Shown: positions 25,901 to 40,800 of the stretch, one piece after another | How the letters are laid out: every line of letters begins with the position of its first letter | Numbering within the stretch: the first letter of the stretch is position 1 | NCBI GenBank assembly: GCA_000934665.2 | Contig: KZ537958.1 | Location: forward strand, 124,001-188,000 | Source of the DNA: Catajapyx aquilonaris | Taxonomy: Eukaryota | Direction of reading: 5' to 3' | Length of the DNA: 64,000 nucleotides | Made by a program: the position numbers and the translations under genes | The notes under the pieces: generated by a model | Database searches by the model: none | The model's input: the letters and a program-made list of their open reading frames with translations, nothing else | Told to the model about the DNA's origin: nothing

Positions 25901-28900
25901 ATTGCATTCTACGCATGAAGATAGCACCAGCCGTGCAGTGAACTTGCCGGAGTAGTTACAGTAACTTGCCTCAAGGAACCATAGCTTATCTAAACTTTAT
26001 AGTCACTGTAATTTCAAGCGCCGCCTGGCAAAATGTACAGATTAGCGTCCGCAGTTGAAGGAAGAGGAGAAGCGATTCTCACACGAATCCAACTTACGCA
26101 TCAACCAAAGATACGCTCCAACATTATAACTTGAAACCTTAACTTGCATCTGGGCTCATGCAATCATGCCAAGAGCACACCACACCAGCCCGCAGGTTGA
26201 ATCGCTCTTACAGAGCAGAAATTAAATGGCTTCATTGAAAGTGATTTACATATACTATGTTGATTCATGTCTGCCACGACTAAGCTGCAATTTAATCAGT
26301 CTCTGATACAATTGAACAACCAATTTCTGCTGCCGGTATTAGACGCCATGAAATTTCTATATCACTAAACCATCACCTAGCCCTCCAAACCGCTCCTTCC
26401 ATTAGCCATTACGTAAATCTCAGGATCTGATTCGATTCGGACAATCCTCTCACACAACCTGAGGAATTCCGCTCAGAAAGTGGTGCTGGGGTGAGAAAAA
26501 AAGAGTCCAGAGTGGTGGTCCCCCCCCCCCCTCCCTTCAGCACACTGCACTCCCAAGTCCATCGGCCCCAATTTTAGTCGAAAGCGCAAGAGTTGAAAGC
26601 CGAACAAGGATGGCGATGAGGAGAGACGGTGCGAAAATGAGGAGTTTGGAGACGAAGCTTGCACAGATCCTTAGTCACGTACTACAAACTTTCCTTTTCC
26701 CCCCCACTTTCTTCTTTCCCTCCCACCTTCCTGCCACTTTGTTCTCATTACAAAGGAGTAATCTGGTGGAGAATGACATGGTCGTAGCCAAGCGTGAAGG
26801 CGTAACTCCTCCTGGCTGCCATTACTTGATGAGTGTTTGGGCTTCCGGGAATAACCTATCACGGAATGCTGGCGGGGACTCGTAAATATTCATGGCCGGC
26901 TTTCCAAGATTGGAGGTGGAAACGCCCCTTGAGATATTACGGGGGCGGAAAATTGATAGATCAGGTGTAATGGCGCGCAATTAGACTCAGGTGACGTGGG
27001 AAGAATCATTCCTAGCAAGGTGTGGCTAGGGAACAGATCCGGAGAAAAAAAAATTCGATGAAGATTTCCGGTTCCCGTCGCGTTTCCAGGAAGGCAAACA
27101 TCACTGATACCGTCAGTTGGGATTTTGCAGTGAAAATGTCGGGTTTCCGCACTGTCAGAGGCTTGTGTAACTTCGTTACCCACCGGTATTGGATGTTGGG
27201 TATTGGCAATATCCTGTTACTGTTACGGAGAATGCGGGCTCGATTCGACCTTCACCTATTAACATGAGGACCTCACTCGACAAGTGAGGGATAGAATTCG
27301 GACAAAAGTTGGTTGACCTTAGACATCTAGTTATGAATCTATCCAGCAGCTCATTTCAATTAACGACCAAGCTGCCTCACAACTAAATATAGTGCAATGA
27401 GGGTTGTGGTGTCAGTTTTCAGCAATTTTTGTGAGAAATATGATCAATATTCTCTGAGTCTCATGGTATAAACTTTCCGTCGAATTTTTGACTGACAACT
27501 GATCACTCAATATACACAATTTCACGCATAGGAATTCTCCCAATTTGAACCCACAGCAAGTCAAGCCGGTTCATTCCGTATGACTCAAGTAGTTTCTTCC
27601 CCAGCTCCGTTTAGTAATTGTGGGAAATAAACTAGTCCTTGTAATCAGACAAGCAGAGCAAGGTAGGAGAAAGTTGAAGTCCTCTTGCTCTTCACGACCC
27701 CCCCTTCTTAGTGAAGTTTGAGCGAAATGACTCTTTTCGCCCCTGCATAATGGAATGAAGTTGAAGGAAAGACGAGGCATGGCGGAGAGATTTGGTAGAG
27801 GCCACGCGTCGAGTGGCATCAACCCAGAGGTTAACGAGGCTTGCAACTTTGAAATTTTGGGTCCATAAGAATGCTAGGGATGCTTGAGAAGCATGGTCCC
27901 TCAGGTGACAGCCACAGAGGACTTGGACTACAACCTTACTCTCTTTTTTTTCTTTCTCTCCAAATATATAAGAAGGTCGTTTGAGGCGCTGATTTCAAGG
28001 CGGGCTGGCACTTTTCAGGCCGAATTTTGGGGAATTGGAGCGGCCGTTTGGGGGAATCCCCGCTGGCGCCTTTCACTTGCCCCCCCTTTTTCCTTCAATT
28101 GGATTGGGGGACGAAATTGAGAAGAATTGCCTGCGGAAGGAGACTCTTGATTATACTCTAGAAACAGCCCTAATGCCAGGAGCTTTCCTCGCGTACAAAT
28201 CTGGGGAGGCTCGATTGAAAGAGGACGATGAAAAAAAAAATCCTGGGAATAAAATCTGGGCGAGATAGGCTCCGGTTCAAGTGACGAGAACATTTTTCAA
28301 GTGCGCACTCTCTCGGCTACAGTAAATGCGAAACCTGCTGCTTGCAGAGTGGAAGCTGTAAGCTAGTAAATTTTTGCGCTGGGTGCTTGTGCATTTGTGT
28401 CGGATAATGTCGGCTCCTTGGTTTCAAACAAAGACCGCCTGAAGCCTAAGAGCCGGATGTTTAAAATGGCCACAAAAAATAGTGCTGTCGCTGTATGTGC
28501 TTTTTGGTAGAACTAAACACCTCGAGCTAGCTTACAATTGGCATTTTTGCGGTGGTTGCTGGGGAAAGGTACGGTTTTACTGTAATGGAACTTTGAGCAG
28601 AGTACTGAGGGAGCAAAGGCAAGGGTTATTTTTGCCTATATAGTTGCGAGTAAAACCTACTATGCAAAAACTAGTGAAGTCAAGAATAATCGGATGAACA
28701 ACTGAGTTATTAATATTATGACTCATAGTATGAAAATGAAATTTCAAACATTTTTTTACAAAACTGCCATTTCTTTATCGGAAAACTGATTTGACTATGA
28801 GAAAGCACCATTTTAGTATTGAAAAACGTCTTACTCAGTTTTAATTGTTCTGCAATACCTTATGCTAATACTGTACTCTATGAAAATATTTATTCCGTCT

Positions 28901-31900
28901 CATTACATTACTAGGACAGGTAAACCACACGCACAGTGCCCAGATATGCATACTAAACAGGCTCCTGTAGTAACATCTGCCTCATAAATCCGAATACAAT
29001 ACAGTAACAATCTTGATTAACACACTAGCTGCAATTTATATCAGAAAGGTGTGAATTGCCTACAGCACATCAGTTAATTGTTTTACAATTTCACGAAATT
29101 ATTTGTTTCCGAGCTTAAGCTTAATTTATAAGCATTCATTGGCTGGATATATCCGGAATTTTTCATTTATGTATACAGATTTTTAAATTTACAAAATAAA
29201 ATAAAATCTTTCAAATACCTCGCAGCCTTGCTTCCGTCACACCTTCAGATTGATAGCCACTGACAATACCCGTGTAGAAGGAACCCCAGCGAATAATAAC
29301 CATAAAAATAGCACGACTCCAGGAAACCGGAACAGAAAAGGCGAACCATTTTAATCCCCCAATGTTTGTCGCATCCGGATTTATGGCCCCGCGCTTCTTG
29401 GTCGCGGTTCCAAATGCTTTCTCAGCATTCTTCGCAGCCACCATCCCTCGTTTGTTTCCCCTTCCCAGAGCTTGATTTATCATCCCGGAGAGACCATTAC
29501 AAACAGATTCTTGGCCGCCGTATATATTCCGCCCGGATTTGATGGATAATTCGCAAAGAGCAGGCTAAGAATGGGAGGCGGGGCTCCTGCTGCAATCAGC
29601 TGCAAAGTGGCTTTTGCCTCCTTATTTCCTACTACAACTAGCCTCGCTTCCAGACTTAAAGCTTCTTTCTGTACCCTCTCACTGAATCAGTAAACAAGAT
29701 ATATTTTTTTTGCGGACCCATCGTGCCATATCAGACTAGAAAGGAAAGTGATGTCGCGGTATAGTGCTGGTGAAAAAAAAAATCCCATGTCATTATTGAC
29801 ACCGGGCGTGACAGTCGGCTTGTTTCGAGACATGATACGCTATCTGGCCGTTGATAAGGGCGCTGGTGTTGCTCGAGGCGATTATCGGACCGAAAATTCG
29901 TTACAAAAATTTTGGGATTAGGCACGATGCTGATTCTGTGGGTGCGCATGAGTGTAAATAAGTGGGTTTACCCCCAGTTATTTTTCAAAAAAATGCAGTG
30001 GCCGTTAGTAATGCGTTAGAGGGCTTGATTTTTTAAAGCAGAGAACTAATTGGATTGATGTCTTTGTGAAGGCATAATCGAAATGAATATAGGCACTTTT
30101 TGGAAGCTTTTTTGGGGGAGAAAATTGCGTATCTCCGCAGCGGTTTCTGGGTAGATCCCGGTGTCTCTTCGGAGGGACGTATCAATCCTTGAGCGCCGAG
30201 GCGTAAAGTCCCGTATAGACATCAACGGGAAAAGGTTTTCTTCGAGAACGATAAGGTTTGAAACCCTATGAGACGTGACTGACATCTCAATCGATAGTCC
30301 CCAGCCTTCTGTTTATGACGCCGCTTTGTTTTTCCTGAGGTACGCTATATACGTGGTCCTCAAGTAACACAATGTATGCAAAGATGGGCACGTCATCTTG
30401 AGCATCCTCCCACTCAGACCTATTACCTACTTTTGTCCTCGAGGGATTTCACGTCAACACCACACACTCCATGTTGACAGCCCGGCTGTGTCCCAAGCCA
30501 AATCCCCAAAGTAATATCAATGGAAATGCAGCGCCTTTACTTGTTTCAATATTTATATTTCATTTCCAGAGCTGCATTTGAAAATCATATTCCTGAGAGG
30601 ACGCCTCCTGAGCCTTCGAGGCTTTTCCAACCCGGGATGGTAGTACTAGCAGTAGCCCTTTTCCCAGCGCAAATTTCTATCCGCGGAAAACAAGAATCCG
30701 AAATGAATTTGATGAAGGATCTGGCTCGAGGAAGATGGACGTCTAGCCCAGGCCCTTTGCAAGATGATGCAAGTCCTGGGAAGTGACACCAGACTTTATT
30801 GAATGAAATAACGCTGGGGAATTTCCGAGCAGTAATTTACACCCCCCTCAGGCTCAGTACGAAACTAGATCATAGTGTGAAACCGTACCCCGGACAAATA
30901 ATGTACACTACTACGTGCATTGTAGACGCAATAATCAATGCGACCGGCTGTCGGCTCTACGGGTAATCCATCATGTACAACACGGGCCTGGGCACAAATT
31001 GATGGTTTTTCTAGCTTATTTATGTAAATATATAACGGAGTCTGCTATTATAATGTTCTTCCGGAGCTCGGAGCGTTCACTGAAAGCTTAATGGCTGTTG
31101 ATACGTGCACGAATAATGCGCTCACTTGTCAGAGAGGTACATGTACATGGAATTTGCAGGATTACTACATGGGTAAAACTCATTCATGAAGTAATTAGTA
31201 TTTTATAAAGTGCAACTCATCGAGCCTGGACCCCCTTCTATATACATAATCTGGGCAGCATTAAAAAAGTCATTTGGCTCCCATGTCATTAAAGATTGTC
31301 GGGCAAGATTCACAATGAGGATTTAATGAATGCTCTAATAAAGGCCTGGTAAATCAAGAGTGCAATATTAAGCTCTGGCGTTTACAGCGCATTAAACTGC
31401 CAGTTTTTTTGTGTGTAAAAGTCTACATGTGTATTTACCTGGTGTTCCAGATTCGCATGAACAGGTCGGTTAGAAACTAATTGCAAATGCTCATCTGGTC
31501 GGCCGTGGGTATTTTTGGCGAGAGAATATAATTGAAATCCGTTGTTACCCGACCCTAGTGGGTAGGACGAATTTGTTTAATCGGAGGCTAACGCTGGATT
31601 ACAGGCGTCGAGGATAGATGAAACCCTCTCTCTACACCAGGCCACGACAGAAAAGTTGGTTTTATTCATGCGGTTCGAGTTGCTCATTCGCGGGGCTGCG
31701 GCGACGCCACCGTCCCGGATAGAGCCTGTCCGGACATGACCCGGATTTCAAAATCGAAGAGGGGGGGAATCCCCGGTTTAACGTGCGACGCCAATCATCC
31801 AACGCACGCAATTTTTTTTACGGAGATAACAATAGGCATTCAGCCGATTCCTAATGGAGTAGGGATTATTCAATTTTGGCACTTTTTATATGGAGCCCCC

Positions 31901-34786
31901 CCCCCCCCCCNCCCCCCCCCAATATTGATTCCGACTAGAAGACAACAATGGGGGAGGTCACAAGGGAAATGGAGAAAGGCACTTGACTTGTGCAGGTTCG
32001 GGAATTTCGCCTTTTGAAACGAGCGATTGAAGCTTTTCAGTCGGGTTGGGATGGGGGAACAACGCTGGGCTAATGCGCTGCTACTGAGGCCGTTTAATCG
32101 GCCTTTGGATAATAGCACAATTCGCATAATCGATACGTGGGAAACCAATACTCGTTCCCTGCCTCTTTTTTGGCTTTTTTTTGTGTGTGTGTGTGCGAAC
32201 CGGCGTGGGGGTGACATTTTCAGTGTTTCTAGTCGTCTGTTTCGGTGAACGTTGCTTTCGAACACTGTGTCGTCTTAAATCTTAGCTGCGATGTGTGTAA
32301 AGAAGTTCATTTTGTGTCGATTTGTCCATATTTTTAAAAAAATTACAAACTGGGCTCATGTATAGTGCACAAGAAAAATGTTCTAATCCAAGACATAGTT
32401 CGCAATGTCCCGGTTCGAATTTTTTTCTAGTCCATACGCAAAATCTGTTAAGCATAGAAATATCAGTCACTGTGCCTCCTGCTAGTCTATTCAGTGCCAT
32501 ACCTATTGTTTCATCACAATGTGCTCCCTCATGTATAGCATCGATAACAAAATGTGGTGTTCGCGATAATCAATTTTGAAAATCCCTCCTGCAGTGATAA
32601 TTTTTGCAGGAAAGTTTTTTTTTTTGCAAAAAAAAAAGTGCTGGTTGTGGTCCCCTCCCGTATCAAATTGAGCGTGTGACGAGGCTGAAATGGGTTTAAA
32701 TTTTTGAGGTCAAAAGGGCCTGGCAATATTGCGGCCTGGCCGGACCAATAGAGGACCTTAAAGTTTTCGCAACAACGGGTTGTTTGCGGCATAAAATATG
32801 GCAGTGTTGTTACCCCATTGACGCCCAACAATAAATTAACACAATTTGTACAGCACTCACATTGTGGTCCGCGTGTCTCTACAGCCTGTGGGCGCAAATC
32901 CATTGCTTTATACATTATGCGCGCAATTAAACAAACCACGCCGACAAACTAGCGCTGTACACGTAGGCCGCGTTGTTAATTTATGTTCTGCTAATTTCCA
33001 AAAATTTGGGTTGCGCAGGTTTAACCCCTGGAAGCACAACAATCGATTGATACAGGAGCACAAAAGTTGGAAAGATAATTTTTGTATAAATGTCTGTGAA
33101 ATTATTTGTACAGTTGGCAATTTTTTTACACATTTATGGGGCGTGAAATTTCCATTTTGCAGATTTGCTTTCAGCGTTAATTAAATATTTTTCAGGAAAC
33201 CAACTCCGGAGGTTTAATTACTGCTGAGCGTCCGGCGAAATCTCATCCGGACTGAAACAATGCAGTTTGCGAGAAGATGGCTAGGGGAGAGAGAGAGAGA
33301 GAAAAAAAAAACAACTTTTAACTTCTCCAGAGAAGCTTCTGCAATTGAAATTAAGCGCCACATTTAATGCTCGATGGGAGAGTAATTAACCGGTTATTGT
33401 TAATTAAAAAAGAAGCCTACTTTGATTGTTGGAGGTTTTATATACGAATGCGTTCGGCTCCTGGTTCTTGCAGGGATCATTCAAAATTTCATTGACTATG
33501 CGTTAGCGCCATTAATAGCGGAAATTGCGCTCTGCTCAGCCAGTCGCGGTGTAAACGGCTGCATGACTTAAAATTATGAGGCCGTGTAATCGGGAGAGCC
33601 CTGGCCTGCTGGCCATTAACCTTCTTTTGTATTGTGGACTAAATATGCTCTGTAATGGCTGCAGCCAGCGCGATTGCTTGCATCTCAGAAAAACACTGCC
33701 TCTTTCGCACCAGAAATTGCTCGTCTTTATATCGACGTAAAAACGTTACATTTTTCGCGCAAAAAAATATGATAAGCCAGTATTGACACCTTGACTTATT
33801 ATGGCTGGCAATGTAATGGGATTACCACACATGCCAACATTCAGCTGACCGGGTTCCATGAAGGGTTTATACTAGGTCATAACTTGGGCTGTGATGTAGA
33901 CTATAAACGGCATAGAATGTAGGTTTTTCTGTATAAATAATGACCCCATTCTATCGGGGATCCGAAATCGTAAACTCATAATGAAGAGTCTCCCTTCTCT
34001 CCTTTATAATGAAACTCTTTTTTTTTGCGAAAGAGAAGCGTCGAAGTAAAGCTGCAGTCTTCGTATTGCTGATGGAAATGAGCGTTTGAATTTCGATAGT
34101 TAAATGGTCTTGAAGAGGGTGTTAAATAGTCGATACGGATCCCATTATATCGTGAATCTTGGGCTATAGTTTTACTCCTAAACAATCTAGTGATTGTTGG
34201 CATATATAGAACTCAGATTCTGCGAAAACCCCATTTGGAATCCTTCTCGATCCAATTTATGCCCTGCGTGTTCCGCACCGTCGTTTTCCTTAATCTTCCA
34301 GGGGGTGGAACATTATACTTTGCATGCTAATTTAGCCCAAAGTGTCGTCCAGATCTGCATTTTTAAAGCAAAAAAAGAGAGAAAAAAATAGGACGATTCC
34401 ATTTGCCGCTTACATTTTATGCGCGAAATGAATCCCTGCTGTCGACCATATATTTTCTTCTAGGCACACTTATCTGACATAATTTATAGACGACATATTG
34501 GATCCTTTTCCCCTCTAAGCAGACGTGAATTAAAATGTCGCTTTTCTTTACTGAATATTAGATTTTGGTTCAGAGAAATTCTAGCAAATACTGCAAGTTA
34601 TATCAGACCGAAGTTCACCGTTTTTCGGCGCATTTCTAGTGCATCCCATTGTTGAGCAGCACTACAAGTACCTGTGAAATTGTAGTCATTTCTTCTTTGG
34701 AAAGGGATTGTATTAACTCATAATTAAGTTATGCTTTCCGCTTGATATGATACATTGATTAACTGATACAGGCTGTAGCCAAAAGA

Positions 34787-34859
<73 letters not shown>
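34787..34859. repeat. (TAT)n microsatellite, ~24 units
   Basis: Uninterrupted TAT run. Confidence 0.98.
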
Positions 34860-37800
34860 GACGAGTCAGGTCACGTTCGTCAGTATTGCGCATCATTGTC
34901 CGTCAATTCGTGTCAAATTTTGAGATGTAACTTCGGGCCGAGTCTGGACTCCTGTCGGGGCCAACAATTCGATCGTTAGGGTTGCAAATGGACTTGATGT
35001 CAAATCCGGCATAAAGTTATGCAGCATTCTGTACGTGTGGCTGAGGGGGACTGGAGTAGGAAGCCCCGACGGAACTTGGAAATGAACTTCCGAACTTGCT
35101 TCCTGCGAGTTCCGGGGAAAACCCCGGATTCGCAGCTGCACACTTCTTTTTTTTTTTTTTTTGAATGGAGAAAGGTCCTTACGTGGTTTGAAGTGAAGCA
35201 AGGTCCCCAAAACCAACTCATTTCTGCGTCTGCTGGTTAAGGACCTGAAACCATCAGGCTTGGATTCTCCAGGGGAGAGCCCCATTCTCGACCCGGATAA
35301 GAGAATAAGCAGGTTTCATCCCCTGCATTTGCTGGGGCGTGATGTCAAAGTCAAATTACAACCAAAGGGCTATTCAGATGGAAATTTTCTTCCCCCGCTC
35401 ACCATCCGGGCCAAACAGGTGAAAGGCGTCCACTAGGGATGGAATGTGACCAAAAAATTATATGGATGTGGTTCTGAGAGAATAGCCACCAATTTGAAGG
35501 GGACATAATGCCGATAATTTCCAGCATATGAATTAGCTCGCATTCTCCGGTTCAGATCAATTCTTTGTAAGTAGCAAAAAAAAAACTATTTTCTGCTTTT
35601 GATGACCCACCCCGGTTGGTCCAACTTTGTACAGCCGTCAGCTACTTTTTAGCTCAGCTGGCATGTCATTTAGCATCATGCGATGTTATAGCAACTCTTG
35701 TTTTTTTTATCTGGTTTCTTGACAAGACCTCCTGCCGACAGCGGTTCTCAGCAGGATGTTGGCGAGTTTCTTCAACTGCCAGTGTGCTTAACGAGGGTGC
35801 AAGAGCCCCTGCTGCTACCTTCATGGCGTAAAGACCACCTTTGTCCTTTTTCATTCGACAAACGAAATCACTAGCGTCTTCCTCAAAAGGAAAATTGCAC
35901 CGCATTTCAGTAACAGGTGACGAGGTATAATAAACGGTCAACATGAAAAGCAAAAAAGAGTTTTCAATAAGGATAGGGTGTTCCATTTTGCACGGGGATG
36001 TTTGTTTTTGGAAGCGTAGAACCTGCGTGCGGTTTGCATGGCTAAGTTTTAATTGAAAATAGAGTAGAGGGTACGCGAAACGCTATTAACGGCAATGCAA
36101 ACAATAATTATATTAACACGGGCGGTCAACCATATTGCGACAAACATGCGGTGTTTCTATTTTTTTGTGTCCTCCACATGGTGTTTCCAAAAACTGTGTT
36201 ATTTACGGTTATTGATATTATGAAGGCGCGGCATTTACCCTATAGGTTTGATAGAAAAGGGAGGTAAAATCGATAAATTAATTTCCGTGAAAGGCACGCT
36301 TCGGAAATCTTATTCCAAAATGCTTATTCTCGTACAGTAGTCAAGATGGAAAACGAACCCAACCCCCTCAGTTTTCAGTCTTCTCTTCTACTCTCGCGTA
36401 TTTGATTACACGTTTTGCAAGTGCTGACGACACTTAATTCAATTAGGTTCTGGGAGAGCAGCGGAAGGCAAACTCACGCAGTTCGTTAGTTTTCCCGAAT
36501 GCAGATGATTAGCAGTAGGCCTACAGTCGGCTGATTAAATTTGAGAAGGATTTAGTTGCACTGCCCCGACCTATATATCCGGGGAAAGAAGAGTGCCCTT
36601 TGAAAATCCCACCGCTGTTGGTCCCATCACGGTAAAATTTCCTTTTGGATTTAGTTCCCAATGCGGACTTGCCCAGGCCAAACCGACTATATGCCCGTGT
36701 AATTTTCTGGAAAAAAGAGTTTTCCACCACTGTCTATAGTTTGCTATACATTCACTAAAAAAATTGATTATCTATTCATTTCTGACGTCTCACCAGAAAT
36801 ATATTCAAAAAAATATTTTAGTTGAACGTCCAACAACAAAATCGGATGATTAATATGGGTTCCTGCCAAACATAGCTTTGGTTACTTCAGCAATTTTTTC
36901 AGTAATTTGTAGAACTGGCTGAAATTTAAATGCGGATGAAAAAACACCAATCATGTACAGTATGCTGAGTGAAAAGCTGGCGGAGAGCTATTTTTCCGAA
37001 TGTACGCTTCGACCATTAGAACAAACCAAAAAAAGAGAAGCTTTCATGGAACTGTTTCCAGAGTATCGGTAACGCTGCGAGCGGGGTTCACAGCAACAGT
37101 TCTTTATCTTCTTTTGTTCCAAAATAAATCTCAGTGGAGAAAAGAGCTTTTATTTTCCGTCATTCTCCTTTTGTCTCGCAAAAAAATACTGGGGGGAGGT
37201 GGATAAAGAAACCTTTTTTTTTTCAAAAAAAAAACAAGTTGAGGTTGTTTCCACCTTATAAGTTCTGTTGCACCTCTTTGATAGAGTACTGCACCTGTTA
37301 AGCTTCGACTTTTATACTGCCAAAAGCGGACTTTTATGCTGTCACCAGGAGAAAAAAACTTCAATTACTGGGCGCGTCTCCAGAAACTTTTTTATTAGAA
37401 AACTCCGCAGTTTGTGTACCCCATATTGTGGTCAGAACTCTTCACATTCCAACGGTGATCGACTTTTAAAGTTTAACATATTAAGTTTGATTTTGAGCTA
37501 CGTTGCGATTTCCTGTTTTCAAACATTTCTTCTTCTTTTTTTTTGATAAAAGACGTTTGTGGTTTTCATATCATTGATAAATCGATCAAATTTTGCCCAA
37601 GAATATGGGAATCCTCCTAAGCCTCTCCATTTTCCCAATCATTCAATTGGGAAGCTGCAGTGGCAGGCAGAGAGCCTCCGGGTGATGAAACATTAATGAG
37701 AGCTATTCCGGCGGTCAATGGCTTGAATTACTGGCGCAAGAGCATTCTTTTGGGCCGGTTGTCTGCCGGAATCCACGTCCCTCGCGTTCCGAAGTCTCCT

Positions 37801-40800
37801 CTGAATTGAAGGTGGAACTCTCTCCGGCGCTGAATGGCTTCCTTTGACGACGGGAATTTCAAGTAGGATGCAAACTTTTATGCCTTTATTGTCATTCCTG
37901 CTAAGGGCGATTTTCCCTCCAGAGGAGCTGGCCACAAACACAGTGCCGGCTTGATATATTCCGGCTGCTAGAAAGGACCCTTTTTATTTTTTTAAAAAAA
38001 AAAGCCACTTTCTATCACTTGACTTTTTCCGTGAAATGTTTTCCGTTTTTCTGTGTCCGACTTGGGCTTTCTTTTGTCAACATGCCTGAACGAACGCCTT
38101 CACTGCATCACCCACTTACTGTCTGAAAGAGGAGTAATTCACTGGCCCCCTTTTTCATTATTCACGAAAAGACTGTCGATTTTGTTTACAATGTCCTTTT
38201 GCTGCAGTTGAATTATTATTTTGCTAATGATCGGCTTGATTGCATTCGTCTGATTGACCATGTCGATTTGAACCGCCTGTGTGTTGTGGACAGGCATCAT
38301 GAGTGTGTACGGAGTGCCATTCAAAAACTCGTCACATGGCCACTTGTCACATTTCCATAACTTACATTCGCAAATCCATTTATTTTGCAAACAAACTTCA
38401 AAGTAAAATGGAAGTGCGTGTCTCTCTACAAGTGTACATATCCAACTTCTTTTTTTTAAAAAAAAGGGATATAACTATGCTAACCGCAATAAATGCGTAC
38501 ATAACTCGTGAAATTCTCAAGTTAGGGTACATTTTATATCCGCGTCATTCTCCGCTAGACAAAACTGTAAGTTAGTTTCAGCAGAACAGATAGAATCATT
38601 GTAACCCAACGCGTTTCCTGCTCTCCTGGTACCTTCCCTGATGCAATTTCACACGTAGCCTGCGTAATTTGATACAGTATTATGCCTACGTTACACATTG
38701 TAACGCAAAGGGGGGTAATGTTATTTCAAACAGCACACGAGTGTGGAAAACCCGCGCAACTCAGGCTAGCCCCGACGGACAAGCTCGGAAGCCATCACGA
38801 AAGCCCTGTTTGCATTTCTGTTTCGGGATAGAATGAGTGAAAAAAATATTCAAAGCTGGTTGGCTCTAAGGGCTCCACCATAGTATTGAACGGCGCCTGC
38901 ACCATAATAATAATAATAATATCATCGCGCTTTGAATGCTGGTCGTTCTTCCCCGACTCAGGAGAGTTTCTACCCCCGCGAATCTTCCTTTCATCTGTCC
39001 CTCCCAAAGCCCTCCCCCATCCCAACACGCTCCCAAACACGAAACTTATGAGTCTCTTACTCCACTTTTCAATAACAAAGGGATCTCCGGGGCCCCTGCG
39101 CGCACAAAGGAGACGGAGAAGAAGAGCAAGGCTTTTCACCACGTCTGCAGGAGTTCCAACCCAAATTAAGTCCCTTTCCTATCATTTTATTCCTCCCCTT
39201 TTGGTACACCCTTATTAAGGCAGGGCATCTGCTCTTTGGGAACTAGAGTAAAACTCAATGGTTGATCTTCACGTCTTTCACGATTATTTTTCAAGGGCTT
39301 ACATGCTGAGAGTCGGCCAGGCGTGGAAAATCTCATCATGAGCACGAACCGCGACCGTTCTGCCTCCTGGCGGAAGCGTCTGTTATTATATACACACGCG
39401 TCGTTGATGCCCACCTCCACAATTGCATCACAGCCGCAATGTAAAGCAGTTATATTTGCAACAATTTTTTTTACATGTCTACAGTATATACTCGTACAAG
39501 GATATTTACCTTCAGTCCTAGCTATATTGCAGACGACAGCCCGGTCTTTGTGAATATCTGGCTCGGTTTCAAACGCGGCGGAGAAACACGCATGATCGAA
39601 CAGCATGATGTACCACGGTGCTTTGTGGGTTGGAAATGAAAACTTGGGGGTCCCAATCTAGAGACAGATTAAAACCGGTGGGGTCGACCAACTCAAACGC
39701 GATTAGGAATTTTCGATTCATTGATTGTAAAGGAATTCGAGGCCACTCATATTTTCCGAGAGATATTACTTCGTATCATGAACCTCCCCCCCTATACAGC
39801 TACTCCGTTCCACAATATAAGATAATGACTGGAGAAATACGGAGAGAAAAAAAAAGTTGCAAGTTGTCCGGGCGAGAGGAAATTAAAGCTTCGTTCTCCT
39901 CATTGTGGCGAAATGACAAGGCGATGGTTGAGCGAGATAATGGCACTAAGTTGAGAGTGGTATCTGGAAGGAACCATCTTCCATGGTCGGGAGCCGAGGA
40001 GGGGGCGAAATGAACTCGTCTAATTACATGATAAGCGAGGACGGATGGCTCTACTTCTTTCTCCATGGATTCTCTAGAACTGCGAATACAAATTCCCACT
40101 ATCACGGCCCACACTTTTTGTGCCCTCCAGAAGTCAGCTACAGGGTAGGAAAAGGGTGGCGGAAACGGGAAGGAATCGCAAATCTCTTTGATGAGCTTAA
40201 TACGGCCCTGGTGCTGGCAGAACAATGAGAATTACTTGGTATCTCGACCTCCAGATTAATTTTTGCGTTTAATGTGTATTGAAGAATGTGCACGTGCGAA
40301 GCGATTAAGTGCTTGATACATAAAATATTCCCGTCACAAAAATGCATTTGTGCCGTCTCTTCCCAAAAGCTGATAACTTTGTATCGAACTTTCATTTGTG
40401 CTGGGGAAAAAAGAATGGCGTTGATGGTTTACGAGTCATGATCTTCTTTCAGCATAGTGTTCCGGGAAGATAAGGTTTCAGAGCCGCAATACATCCCCAG
40501 CCCAAGTGGAAATCGATGACGAATCATCGCTGCAGATGAAAAGTGTTAAATGTCTGTTCCGATGCCGCACTCTCGAGGCGGGAAGCATGGCAGAGAGATA
40601 CGCTAAGCGCACTTATGGAAATTCAGTGTTTTGACCTTAATCACACATCCATACAATCCTACAGACTTGTACCAACCTAGTGTCCGTCCAAGTGGCGTCG
40701 TAATGCCACAAAGAATCTCAGGCTGTGAAGAAGTTATTGCTGTTTTGATCGTCCATCCCACGAGCTGCGGTGGAAACTCCTTGCGATTGGACAAGCCGTC

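Noticed and set aside
28318..28584. Tigger/pogo-like MITE (TACAGTAAATGCG ... CGGTTTTACTGTA)
   Set aside because: Only 11 of 13 terminal bases match and the similarity does not extend; TACAGTA is common in this window.
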